A DNA stretch of 43,511 nt from a virus. Lineage: Duplodnaviria > Heunggongvirae > Uroviricota > Caudoviricetes. The stretch is taken from the IMG/VR virus record IMGVR_UViG_2529292919_000025; one strand, written 5' to 3'. Below the pieces are notes generated by a model. It was not told where the DNA came from, did not search any database, and was given only the letters and a program-made list of their open reading frames with translations. Made by a program: the position numbers and the translations under genes. The number at the start of each line of letters is the position of its first letter. Position 1 is the first letter of the stretch. Shown here in pieces: positions 28,506 through 37,509 of this stretch.

Positions 28506-29234
28506 ATGACGCAGACACTGAATCCGGTCATCACTGTCACCGTGTCCGGTCCTGTGGGCAGCGGTAAAAGTTACATATTGGCGCAGATAGAGGAAGTGGT
28601 GAAACAGGAATTCGGAAACAGCGTCATTGTCGACGCCGCAGACGTGGACGGTGAGCGCCGTATGAGTGGGGATGATCTGAGCACATGGCAGAAACCACGG
28701 GCTGGCACAGTGATCAGGCTGGAGGAATACACGGGACAGGGCCTGTTGTCATACGGCGAGGAGCGTATCTGTCGGACGAATGAGCTGCTGGATGTTATAT
28801 GCCCCACGGGCCGGCAACCCTGGATACTGCCCGATGCACTGCATGCCACCATTGCGGCACTGATGACAGTTTACGATCAGGAGCTGCTCATGAAGGAGTT
28901 ACGTAAACTCACCGGTCAGCCAACAGAATGTTGTTCGTCTCCGAAGTACGGCAAACAGGAACACATCCCGATTAACCAGCCTCCCCGGTTCTTCGACGAA
29001 TACCTTCTGACACCGGAAAATAAAGCTGAGCATGAAGAGATCAAAGCGGCGTTGTTCCGGGAAATCAGGAAGATTGCTGAAATGCAACTGGAGGGCGGGC
29101 TGGACAGAGTGATGGCGAGAGGAGAATGGGAATCGCTGTTTGAAAGAACTTCCCCGGAATTACTTCCCCTCGCACTGGCCATCGGGATTATGCAGACAGC
29201 GGATAAACCTCACTTACGTTCATTAAACACGTAA
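28506..29234 (+). CDS. P-loop NTPase/kinase-like protein, unknown function
   Basis: 242 aa; Walker A GPVGSGKS at residues 15-22, candidate Walker B VIVD; SD GAGGAG 9 nt upstream; on the strand opposite to the late operon. Confidence 0.6.
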   Translation: MTQTLNPVITVTVSGPVGSGKSYILAQIEEVVKQEFGNSVIVDAADVDGERRMSGDDLSTWQKPRAGTVIRLEEYTGQGLLSYGEERICRTNELLDVICPTGRQPWILPDALHATIAALMTVYDQELLMKELRKLTGQPTECCSSPKYGKQEHIPINQPPRFFDEYLLTPENKAEHEEIKAALFREIRKIAEMQLEGGLDRVMARGEWESLFERTSPELLPLALAIGIMQTADKPHLRSLNT

Positions 29235-29614
29235 CTCATAATCCGGGATACGCGTTCAGCGATGACTGCATTTTCACCGGTTTTTACTGCATCCAGAAGT
29301 GACTCTTTAAATGGTGCGGGCCGGGGCTGCAGAAGGGTCGGCGTGGCATTGAGCAGACGGAGCGTTTTTTCCGTGAGGACGACATCAGCCGCTCCCACAG
29401 CCAGCAACTGAGAGTAACGAATATAGCTGTTATCCCGAAGCCATATCAGCGTATCAATAAAATACCGGCACTTTTTCTGGTCGTGATCAACCTGGTCCGG
29501 AATATCGAAAAAACCAGAATAAATCAAAACCTGAGGTGCCGGATGCGTGTTCAGTAATCGGCAGAATATTTTGCCGGTGAGTGCATAAAAATCATCATTT
29601 AAGGAGTGCATCAT
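29210..29614 (-). CDS. Hypothetical protein
   Basis: 134-aa ORF convergent with and overlapping the P-loop gene by 25 nt; no motif recognised. Confidence 0.4.
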   Translation of the reverse strand: MMHSLNDDFYALTGKIFCRLLNTHPAPQVLIYSGFFDIPDQVDHDQKKCRYFIDTLIWLRDNSYIRYSQLLAVGAADVVLTEKTLRLLNATPTLLQPRPAPFKESLLDAVKTGENAVIAERVSRIMSYVFNERK

Positions 29615-29828
29615 GAATCCCCGATTAACGTTAACAGAACATCAGCGCCGTGCTGAAGCAGTGAACAATGTTCTGGAAGATATTATCCGGTTACATCGCG
29701 GAGAACTGAGTGTCTGTCGTGCCGCTTTTCATTTTCAGGGAATACAAAAGCAGTTTGATACTTCTGTTTTTGCAGAAGGTATTACTTATGCCCTGGACCG
29801 GATAAGGTCAGAAAATCGCCCCGGATAA
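29613..29828 (+). CDS. Hypothetical small protein
   Basis: 71 aa; strong SD AAGGAG 6 nt upstream of ATG; followed by a GC-rich hairpin (29885-29912) and then the methyltransferase gene. Confidence 0.5.
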   Translation: MNPRLTLTEHQRRAEAVNNVLEDIIRLHRGELSVCRAAFHFQGIQKQFDTSVFAEGITYALDRIRSENRPG

Positions 29829-30018
29829 TCCCTAAACCACATTAACAGAAATCCCGCCATCCCTGCCGCATCATGAAAGAACGACCAGCCCGGCACCCGA
29901 AAGCCGGGCTGGTCATCGCCCCACAGGAATGCGCTGTGAGCCGACCAAGGTTCAGTCAGTCTCGCGAGACCTGACCAGACTGCCATATTTTTTAATAATT
30001 GTAAAAGGCTTACAGATT

Positions 30019-30783
30019 ATGAAAATGCAGACATTACCCATCGTGCCGTGGATTGGTGGCAAACGCCGCCTTGCAAAACACATTCTGCCGCTGTTTCCGG
30101 CGCATGAATGTTATGTGGAGCCGTTTTGTGGGGCAGCAGCGCTCTATTTTCTTAAGACACCCGGCAAGATCGAAGTCATCAATGATATCAACGGTGAACT
30201 GGTGAATCTGTACCGGGTGGTAAAGCATCACCTGGAAGAATTTGTCCGCCAGTTCAAATGGGCGCTGGTCAGCCGTCAGATCTACAAATGGCTGCAGATC
30301 ACCCCGGAAGAAACACTGACGGATATCCAGCGTGCGGCACGGTTCTACTACCTTCAGAAGCAGGCGTTTGGCGGCAAGGTGGCAGAGCACAGCTTCGGTA
30401 CCTCCACCACATCCCCGCCACGCTTCAACCTGCTGCGTATTGAAGAAGAACTGTCAGCGGCACACCTGCGGCTTTCCAGAACAGTCATAGAACACATGGA
30501 CTGGCAACAGTGCATTGAGCGTTATGATCGTCCGCACACGCTGTTCTACTGCGACCCACCGTACCTGGGTACGGAAGGCTATGGTGTGGATTTTCCTGAA
30601 GGGAACTACTCGCGGCTGGCAGAGCTGGCCCGGTGCATCAGAGGAAAAATGATAATTTCGGTGAACGACATCCCGCAGATGCGCGAGGTGTTCACTGGAC
30701 TGAACATACAGACAGTGAATATCAACTACAGTCTGGCGGGTAAACCCACGCCGCGCCGTGAACTGCTAATCTGCAACTTCTGA
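30019..30783 (+). CDS. Orphan DNA adenine methyltransferase (Dam-like, DPPY motif)
   Basis: N-terminal VPWIGGKRRL, FxGxAA (EPFCGAAA) and catalytic DPPY (FYCDPPYLGTEG); no adjacent restriction endonuclease gene visible. Confidence 0.8.
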   Translation: MKMQTLPIVPWIGGKRRLAKHILPLFPAHECYVEPFCGAAALYFLKTPGKIEVINDINGELVNLYRVVKHHLEEFVRQFKWALVSRQIYKWLQITPEETLTDIQRAARFYYLQKQAFGGKVAEHSFGTSTTSPPRFNLLRIEEELSAAHLRLSRTVIEHMDWQQCIERYDRPHTLFYCDPPYLGTEGYGVDFPEGNYSRLAELARCIRGKMIISVNDIPQMREVFTGLNIQTVNINYSLAGKPTPRRELLICNF

Positions 30784-30790
30784 AACAAAA

Positions 30791-30813
30791 CCGGAAAGCA
30801 CAATGCTTTCCGG
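30791..30813 (-). terminator. Rho-independent terminator candidate downstream of the repressor gene
   Basis: Perfect hairpin CCGGAAAGC-acaat-GCTTTCCGG followed on the minus strand by TTTTGTTTC. Confidence 0.5.
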
Positions 30814-30899
30814 TAAACCAAACAACTTCCACTATGTCACTGGCGATGTTTTCTGAAAGCATCCAGATCAACCACCTGTCCTTTGTGTCCGGGTCAGTA

Positions 30900-31256
30900 T
30901 CAGCCTGCGATTTTTCCTGGTTTTGGCTGAGTATAGAATCGCCCAATCTCAAGAAATGAGCGTTGTTGGTCTGGTGTCATGTCGTCAAAAGTATCTATTA
31001 GTTTTTGTTTTTCTGGGGAAATTTGATTCTGGTTTCTAGTCATACCATCTGTGCTCATTCCAGTGAGCAACCAATTTACATCAACATTAAACTCTTGATG
31101 CATCTTTAACAGAAACTCCCCTCCAGGCATCGCCTTTCCATTTTCAATCTGACTGATACCACCATTAGAAATACCTAAACGAGCTGCAAATTCTCTCTGG
31201 TTCAACCCTGCTTTCTTCCTCACAGAAATAACGCGCTCTCCTATATCTTTGCTCAT
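30900..31256 (-). CDS. Prophage repressor, XRE-family HTH
   Basis: 118 aa; HTH QREFAARLGISNGGISQIENGK; divergent from the Cro-like gene with a palindromic operator between them. Confidence 0.75.
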   Translation of the reverse strand: MSKDIGERVISVRKKAGLNQREFAARLGISNGGISQIENGKAMPGGEFLLKMHQEFNVDVNWLLTGMSTDGMTRNQNQISPEKQKLIDTFDDMTPDQQRSFLEIGRFYTQPKPGKIAG

Positions 31257-31280
31257 AAAAGTGAATCTCTATCTTGATAT

Positions 31281-31296
31281 GCTCATAATTATGAGC
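31281..31296. promoter_or_regulatory. Operator candidate: perfect 16-bp palindrome GCTCATAATTATGAGC
   Basis: Lies in the 93-bp divergent intergenic region; an extra half-site GCTCATAA (31251-31258) overlaps the repressor start codon. Confidence 0.5.
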
Positions 31297-31349
31297 AATA
31301 ATCTAACACATATAAGGCAAACATCATTGCATCAACAAAGGAGACAACG

Positions 31350-31538
31350 ATGACTGCAGAACAAGTCAAAGCTCTCTTCCGCCAGCGCGGGATCACTTTC
31401 ACCCGCTGGGCAGAAGAAAACGGCTACAACCGCAATGAGGTATACCGCGTTCTCAACGGGCAGACCAAAGCCCGTTACGGTAAATCCCATGAAATCGCCG
31501 TGAAGTTGGGACTGAAATCAACAGCTCAGGCGGCCTAA
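31350..31538 (+). CDS. Cro/Ner-position small HTH DNA-binding protein
   Basis: 62 aa, first gene of the rightward early operon, HTH-like ITFTRWAEENGYNRNEVYRVLNG; does not carry the WPxRY signature I associate with Mu Ner. Confidence 0.6.
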   Translation: MTAEQVKALFRQRGITFTRWAEENGYNRNEVYRVLNGQTKARYGKSHEIAVKLGLKSTAQAA

Positions 31539-31584
31539 ATATTTTGAGTCTTTGTAAAAGGTTATCACATATCGCAAAAGAGGT

Positions 31585-31899
31585 ATGCAGATGAGTAAGA
31601 CGAATGTTTCAAGCTCCGGCAGTCGCATCCTCCGGGTACTCAAAGCGCTGCGCGGTCATGCCCTGAACGGTATTTCTAACGGTGAACTGGCGACAGCACT
31701 GCACGAGTCACCGGCAAACATCAACCGGGCACTCAACACCCTCATTGAAGAAGGGCTGGCTCTGAAACTGGAGAACGGACGTTTTGCACCGGGCATCCAG
31801 TTACTGCAGATCGCCATGGCCCACAGTAACGAGATGGCACGTGCACAGGATCGTATTAACGAAATTAACCAACGTGTCATTTCAGGTAGTCGTTTGTAA
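31585..31899 (+). CDS. Winged-helix DNA-binding protein, hypothetical regulator
   Basis: 104 aa; ILRVLKALRGHALNGISNGELATALHESPANINRALNTLIEEGL resembles IclR/MarR-like wHTH. Confidence 0.5.
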   Translation: MQMSKTNVSSSGSRILRVLKALRGHALNGISNGELATALHESPANINRALNTLIEEGLALKLENGRFAPGIQLLQIAMAHSNEMARAQDRINEINQRVISGSRL

Positions 31900-31909
31900 G
31901 GAGTAATCA

Positions 31910-32830
31910 ATGGGACGTACCAAATCACCGATTAACACTGAACTGAACGCCGATGTACCGCTGTCGGATGATCTCAACGTCAGCCTGAATGCCATGACAC
32001 AGCATCGCATGGAGATCATGCAGCAGTTTGGTGATGGACTGCCTTATGAACGTGAACGCATCGTTCACGAAGCACGTTTTTATATGGCGCAGAGTGCTGA
32101 ATCTATGTTGGAAGCGGGTAAGCGGCTGATCATCTTAAAAGAAAATGAACCGCATGGTGATTTCACAAATATTCTGGAAAACGACCTCGGATTAGCACCA
32201 CAGGTAGCTCGTCGCATGATGCAGGCCAGCGTGAAATTTCTCGGCAATGGAGATGAACAGCCAAAACGCTCAGCGCTGAGCGTTTTGGGAAAAACCAAGT
32301 TATATGAACTGATGGTTCTGGATGACGAAGAACTCGACGCATTAGCTGATGGTGGAACCGTCGCCGGTGCAACGCTTGATGATATTGATCGCATGACCAG
32401 CCGCGAACTGAAGGCCGCCCTGCGTGAAGCGCGCGAAACCAACGCAGCTCAGCAACAGGTGCTTGCCGGAAAGGACGAAAAAATCAACGAACTGGCCACA
32501 AAACTGGAGAAGAAATCGCGCCTGCAACCTCCGCCGCCAGACGAAGAACTGAAAAAATTGCGGGCGGAAGTGATGGCATTAGCGGTTGAGGCCGAATCGG
32601 CTATCGCCGTCCAGCTGTCCAGTGTTTTTGAGACCCTGTGTGAATACTGCACCAAAAACATGATCGATACCCCCAGAGATTTCATGGCCGGTCTGGTCTG
32701 CCAGATTGAACGCAGTGTTCATGCATTACGTGAGACGTTTGACCTTGAGGCCGCTCCATCGGGTAACGATGCCCCCGCCTGGCTGACCGAACCGGAACCT
32801 GAAATCAACCGACCGGAGGATATGCAGTAA
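31910..32830 (+). CDS. Hypothetical early protein with coiled-coil and Pro-rich segment
   Basis: 306 aa between the regulators and the transposase; no catalytic motif recognised. Confidence 0.5.
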   Translation: MGRTKSPINTELNADVPLSDDLNVSLNAMTQHRMEIMQQFGDGLPYERERIVHEARFYMAQSAESMLEAGKRLIILKENEPHGDFTNILENDLGLAPQVARRMMQASVKFLGNGDEQPKRSALSVLGKTKLYELMVLDDEELDALADGGTVAGATLDDIDRMTSRELKAALREARETNAAQQQVLAGKDEKINELATKLEKKSRLQPPPPDEELKKLRAEVMALAVEAESAIAVQLSSVFETLCEYCTKNMIDTPRDFMAGLVCQIERSVHALRETFDLEAAPSGNDAPAWLTEPEPEINRPEDMQ

Positions 32831-33147
32831 TGAATACGAATAACACACAAAATACCCTGATGGACAGCCCGGAGGCACTGGGGCACGCACTGTGTAATCT
32901 GCTGCCGGAGATGGTGCAGGGTTTCCGCGTGGTGACCCCTTCCGGTGAAATCTGCGTACCCGCACAGGAGACGCACCCGTTTGTACTGACGATGGAGGTG
33001 ATGCTGATGCAGCAGATAAGACGTCTGCAGAATCAGTCAGCATTACGCCCGGTAGTTGCACCGCAACCGGTAAATACCGTGGTGAAAACCTGCGATGGCG
33101 AAACACTGTGCGACCTCGCCAGAAAAATTGCCGCCAGAATCGGATAA
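32830..33147 (+). CDS. Hypothetical early protein
   Basis: 105 aa, start overlaps upstream stop (ATGA-type coupling). Confidence 0.45.
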   Translation: MNTNNTQNTLMDSPEALGHALCNLLPEMVQGFRVVTPSGEICVPAQETHPFVLTMEVMLMQQIRRLQNQSALRPVVAPQPVNTVVKTCDGETLCDLARKIAARIG

Positions 33148-33162
33148 CAGGGAAGACAAGCT

Positions 33163-34932
33163 ATGACCCCGGCACTGACTGAAAAACTGGTTGAAACAGC
33201 CCGCGCGGCACGTGACGCGGGGCATGGTAAACGCGGTGCAATATACGACGCTGCCTGTGCTGAACTTGGCATGTCCCGCGCCACTCTGCTGCGCAGGCTG
33301 AAGGAGGTCTCTGTGACTGATAAACGCAAAAAACGCGCCGATGCCGGGCGCAGCGCCCTGACCCGCGACGAAGCCGCGCTGATATCTGCCACACTGCGTG
33401 AGGCCACCCGCAAGAACGGTAAGCGTCTCTATTCCATCGCGGATGCAGTGGAAACCCTGCGGGCTAACGGCTTTATATCCGCAGGCAGAACAGATGAAAC
33501 CACCGGTGAGTTTTTCCCGTTGTCCGAAGATGCCATCAGCCGAGCCCTGCGTAACTATGGCCTGCACCCGGAACAACTGGATGCCCCTGCGCCGCATACC
33601 GAAGTGGCCAGTCTGCATCCCAATCATGTCTGGCAGATTGATGCCTCGCTCTGCACGCTTTACTACCTGAGTAATGGACACAAAGGACTGCAGGTGATGG
33701 ACAGCGCGAAGTTCTACAAGAACAAGCCCGCTAACCTTGCCCGTATCGCCAGTGACCGCGTGTGGAGTTACGAGATTACCGACCATGCCAGCGGCTGGAT
33801 TTACGTTGAGTATGTGACGGGTGCGGAATCCGGTGAGAACCTGTGTTCTGTGCTTATCAACGCCATGCAGGAGCGTGGCGGCGCAGACGTGCTGCACGGC
33901 GTGCCGAAAATACTCTATCTCGACCCCGGCTCGGCAAACACCGCGGGTATGACGAAAAACATGTGCCGCTCACTGGGCATCGACCTGATAGCACACAAGC
34001 CGCATAACGCCCGCGCCACCGGACAGGTGGAAAAGGCGCGTGACATTATCGAACGCAAGCTGGAGCCGGGTCTGAAGTTCCGGCCGGTTCACAGTCTGGA
34101 AGAACTCAACGCGCTGGCCGCGAAATGGCGCAGCCACTTTAACGCCACGGCTGTTCACAGCCGCCACGGTAAAACCCGCACGGATATCTGGCTGAAGATT
34201 ACTGCTGAGCAGCTGAAAAAAGCGCCTTCCGTTGAGGTATGCCGTGAACTGGCTGTGGCGACACCAGAACTCCGCAAAGTCACGCCAAAACTTCGTGTCT
34301 CGTTCCGGGGCACTGAATTTGACGTATCAACGGTACCGGGCGTACTGGTCGGTGAAAAACTGATGATTACCCGTAACCCGTGGCGCAGCGATGTGGCACA
34401 GGTGGTTCTGACCGGTGAGGACGGCCACGAGGCGTTCTTCCTGGTCGAAGAGGTCAGAAAGAACGAGTTTGGCTTTGCTGAAAGCGCGGCGGTATTTGGC
34501 GAAAGTTACAAAGCCCTGCCGGAAACCCCGGCGCAGATGGCGGCAAAAGAAACCGAAGCGCTGGTCACCGGTACAGACAACGCCGCAGATGCAGCTGCCG
34601 CACGCAAGGCGAAGGCGCTGCCGTTCGGCGGGCGGCTTGACCCATATAAACATATTGATGACGCCACACTTCCGGCCTGTATACCGAAGCGAGGTCAGGC
34701 CTCTGACGTACGCGGGCTGCGCACTGAACAACGTCCCATGACTCATGTGGAGGCCGCGAAAGCCCTGCGCGATAAGTTCAGCGCCGACGGCCTTACCTGG
34801 ACGCCGGAACATTACCGCCAGTTAACGGCACAGTATCCGGACGGCGTACCGGAAGCCGCACTGGATGAAGTCATGGCCACGCTGACCACGCCGGCCCGCA
34901 GCAGCGTTATCAGCATTGTTAACGGCAACTGA
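33163..34932 (+). CDS. DDE transposase (MuA-like function)
   Basis: 589 aa; N-terminal HTH, central integrase-core-like region with candidate catalytic D residues (HVWQIDAS, ILYLDPGSANT) and a downstream E; followed by AAA+ ATPase, as in transposable phages. Confidence 0.75.
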   Translation: MTPALTEKLVETARAARDAGHGKRGAIYDAACAELGMSRATLLRRLKEVSVTDKRKKRADAGRSALTRDEAALISATLREATRKNGKRLYSIADAVETLRANGFISAGRTDETTGEFFPLSEDAISRALRNYGLHPEQLDAPAPHTEVASLHPNHVWQIDASLCTLYYLSNGHKGLQVMDSAKFYKNKPANLARIASDRVWSYEITDHASGWIYVEYVTGAESGENLCSVLINAMQERGGADVLHGVPKILYLDPGSANTAGMTKNMCRSLGIDLIAHKPHNARATGQVEKARDIIERKLEPGLKFRPVHSLEELNALAAKWRSHFNATAVHSRHGKTRTDIWLKITAEQLKKAPSVEVCRELAVATPELRKVTPKLRVSFRGTEFDVSTVPGVLVGEKLMITRNPWRSDVAQVVLTGEDGHEAFFLVEEVRKNEFGFAESAAVFGESYKALPETPAQMAAKETEALVTGTDNAADAAAARKAKALPFGGRLDPYKHIDDATLPACIPKRGQASDVRGLRTEQRPMTHVEAAKALRDKFSADGLTWTPEHYRQLTAQYPDGVPEAALDEVMATLTTPARSSVISIVNGN

Positions 34933-34942
34933 GGAGGGAAAC

Positions 34943-36109
34943 ATGCTGGTACTGAAGCAGCAACTGAAAGAGGCCCGTATTCCACAGGCGGTGGTGGCGA
35001 GAGCTGTCGATGTTTCTGAGGCCACGCTGGCCCAGATTGTGAATCATAACGCGTGGCCCCGCACCAGCCCCGGAGAAGTGCGCCGGCGTCTTGCGTCCTG
35101 GCTGGAAAGTCAGGGGATTGATACAGCGAAGAGTTTTGATGCTGTACAGGGCGCGGCCACGCCCCGTACAGCGGGTACCACAGATAAAACGAGCCTCAGT
35201 GAGGAAGAGAATATGTTACTCAAAAAACAGGTGTTATTTCCAGCAACCAAAAAAGCGTTTGGTCTTTTCCGTGACCCGTTCGCCGACGAAGCCATGCAGG
35301 GTTCTGATGATGTGTTCACCACACCAGACATTCGCTACGTGCGTGAGGCGTTGTACCAGACAGCCCGTCATGGTGGGTTTATGGCCGTCATCGGTGAGTC
35401 CGGTGCGGGTAAATCCACGCTGCGCCGTGACCTGACTGAACGTATCAACCGCGAGAATGCGCCGGTAATTGTTATCGAGCCATACATCATTGCCATGGAA
35501 GACAACGATGTGAAAGGGAAAACCCTGAAGGCAGCAGCTATTGCCGAAGCCATTATCAGTACCATCGCGCCACTGGAAAGCATCAGACGCAGTCAGGACG
35601 CCCGCTTTCGCCAGTTGCATCGCGTCCTGAAAGACAGCAGCCAGGCGGGGTTCAGCCACGTTCTGGTGATTGAGGAGGCCCACAGTCTGCCCATTCCGAC
35701 ACTGAAACACCTCAAACGCTTTTTTGAGCTGGAGTCCGGTTTCAAAAAACTGCTGTCCATCGTGCTGATTGGCCAGCCGGAACTGGCGACAAAACTGTCT
35801 GAACGCAACATGGAAGTCCGCGAAGTCGTTCAGCGCTGTGAGGTGGTCGAACTTCTGCCTCTGGACAATCACCTTGAAGAATTTCTGACGTTCAAACTGC
35901 AACGGGCCGGTAAACAACTGACGGACATTATGGACGCCAGCGCAGTGGATGCCATACGTACCCGCCTGAGCAATCCGGGAAGTCATCGTAAAAATATGGT
36001 TAGCCTGCTGTATCCGCTGGCCGTCAGTAACCTGGTAATAGCCGCCATGAATCTGGCCGCTGAAATCGGGGTTCCACAGGTCAACGCTGACGTTGTCAAA
36101 GGGGTTTAA
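34943..36109 (+). CDS. MuB-like AAA+ ATPase, transposition target-DNA activator
   Basis: Walker A GESGAGKST, Walker B VLVIEEAH; ATG at 34943 preceded by GAGGAGGG; N-terminal HTH-like region. Confidence 0.75.
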   Translation: MLVLKQQLKEARIPQAVVARAVDVSEATLAQIVNHNAWPRTSPGEVRRRLASWLESQGIDTAKSFDAVQGAATPRTAGTTDKTSLSEEENMLLKKQVLFPATKKAFGLFRDPFADEAMQGSDDVFTTPDIRYVREALYQTARHGGFMAVIGESGAGKSTLRRDLTERINRENAPVIVIEPYIIAMEDNDVKGKTLKAAAIAEAIISTIAPLESIRRSQDARFRQLHRVLKDSSQAGFSHVLVIEEAHSLPIPTLKHLKRFFELESGFKKLLSIVLIGQPELATKLSERNMEVREVVQRCEVVELLPLDNHLEEFLTFKLQRAGKQLTDIMDASAVDAIRTRLSNPGSHRKNMVSLLYPLAVSNLVIAAMNLAAEIGVPQVNADVVKGV

Positions 36110-36111
36110 TA

Positions 36112-36381
36112 ATGAAATCCACCACAGGTATCAACCAGCAAATCAGTAAAGTGCAGTCAGCCATTATGGCGCTTAAGGCGACGAACACGGATGTACAAAG
36201 CATCACCATCAGGGGTAACAAACCTGTCATCCGCGTTTCCAGGAGTGCGCATTGCATGCGCATGCTTGAGCAGGGAAAGGCCTGTTATCTGTATACCGGA
36301 CATGACCACAGGGGATATTTCCGTCAGGGCGTTTTCGAACTGCACGGCTGTCGCGTCGTGTGGCCGGAATCTTTGTGGTAA
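36112..36381 (+). CDS. Hypothetical early protein (Mu kil-region position)
   Basis: 89-aa ORF directly after the ATPase gene. Confidence 0.4.
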   Translation: MKSTTGINQQISKVQSAIMALKATNTDVQSITIRGNKPVIRVSRSAHCMRMLEQGKACYLYTGHDHRGYFRQGVFELHGCRVVWPESLW

Positions 36382-36408
36382 TCAGCACAACTGGAGAAAT
36401 CATAAAAA

Positions 36409-36939
36409 ATGGCAAAAAGTACAAAAGGTGCAAAACGTATCAAGGCCGCAGCAGCACTCTGGGTGCCGGGGACACGTGAAGAGGTCATTGAGGGCATCAG
36501 ACTGCTCGGTGACGCACACCGTGAACTGGTCAGGGCTGAAACAGAAATGAATGACGCCATTGGCGATATCACCGCACGTTATGCCCCGCTCACCGAGAGC
36601 CTGAAAAAACGCATGGCCGAACTGCAGTCCGGTATTCAGACATGGTGTGAGGCACACCGTGATGAACTGACCGGCAACGGGAAGGTGAAGTTCGCTAACC
36701 TCACCACCGGCGAGGTGCAGTGGCGAAACCGTCCGCCATCAGTCAGTATCCGTGGGGCGGATAATGTTATTGAATTACTGAGACGTCTGGGGCTTGAGCG
36801 CTTTATCCGTGTAAAGGAGGAAATAAATAAAGACGCTATCCTGAATGAAAAGGACGCCGTGAAAAATATTCCCGGTATTACCATAAAAAGTGATATTGAG
36901 GATTTTTCAATAATTCCTTTTGAGCAGGATGTGCAGTAA
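36409..36939 (+). CDS. gam: Gam-like host-nuclease inhibitor (DNA-end binding protein)
   Basis: 176 aa with Mu Gam-like sequence character (coiled-coil N-terminus, Ku-like core); SD GGAG upstream. Confidence 0.7.
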   Translation: MAKSTKGAKRIKAAAALWVPGTREEVIEGIRLLGDAHRELVRAETEMNDAIGDITARYAPLTESLKKRMAELQSGIQTWCEAHRDELTGNGKVKFANLTTGEVQWRNRPPSVSIRGADNVIELLRRLGLERFIRVKEEINKDAILNEKDAVKNIPGITIKSDIEDFSIIPFEQDVQ

Positions 36940-37036
36940 ACACACCACGTTAATTATTTAATAAAAACATTTTCTTTTTTATTCCGGCGTCAGCGCCGTG
37001 GGCTTCTGCACGCCGGAAACAGAGGAGAATTAAATT

Positions 37037-37231
37037 ATGATATTTAAATGTATTCAGTGCGAGAGGGATATAACAGCCCTGCGTTTTCACAGCGCCATCG
37101 CCGTGATGTCCGGTAAGTACCACGTACCTGCAGTACGTGTCACCCTGGTCTGCCCGTACTGCAGCCAGCATTTTTCGGCAGACGTGCCCGTCATGGAATT
37201 CTCCCGCCCTGACAGGGAGGACTCGCAATGA
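37037..37231 (+). CDS. Zinc-ribbon small protein
   Basis: 64 aa with CIQC...CPYC pair of CxxC motifs. Confidence 0.5.
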   Translation: MIFKCIQCERDITALRFHSAIAVMSGKYHVPAVRVTLVCPYCSQHFSADVPVMEFSRPDREDSQ

Positions 37232-37500
37232 TTACCCCACAGGAAGCACGACAGCGCACCCGAACCCTTGTTGAACACTATGTCAACGAGTGTGAATGCC
37301 GCGACCTCACCGATGTGAAGCACGTCCTGACGGCGCTAATCAGCATGACCGCTCAGGCCATTGTGGCGACCAACGGAAAGGCGGCTGCCCTGCAGGTACT
37401 GGTGAACACACTCACCCACACGGCAGAGCATGAGGTGTCGTACCGGATGGAAACCACTGCAGAAGGCGGCCTGCACATCACCGTCAGCCGGAAGCACTGA
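37228..37500 (+). CDS. Hypothetical early protein
   Basis: 90 aa, 4-nt overlap with upstream gene. Confidence 0.45.
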   Translation: MITPQEARQRTRTLVEHYVNECECRDLTDVKHVLTALISMTAQAIVATNGKAAALQVLVNTLTHTAEHEVSYRMETTAEGGLHITVSRKH

Positions 37501-37509
37501 GGGCGCGGC

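Noticed and set aside
28571-29182. Minus-strand ORFs (93 and 88 aa) inside the P-loop gene region
   Set aside because: Ser-rich low-complexity translations overlapping an ORF with a good RBS and Walker A motif; judged antisense artefacts.
33043-33897. 284-aa minus-strand ORF
   Set aside because: Antisense within the transposase gene, which has clear catalytic motifs and operon context.
35234-35986. 250-aa minus-strand ORF
   Set aside because: Antisense within the MuB-like ATPase gene.
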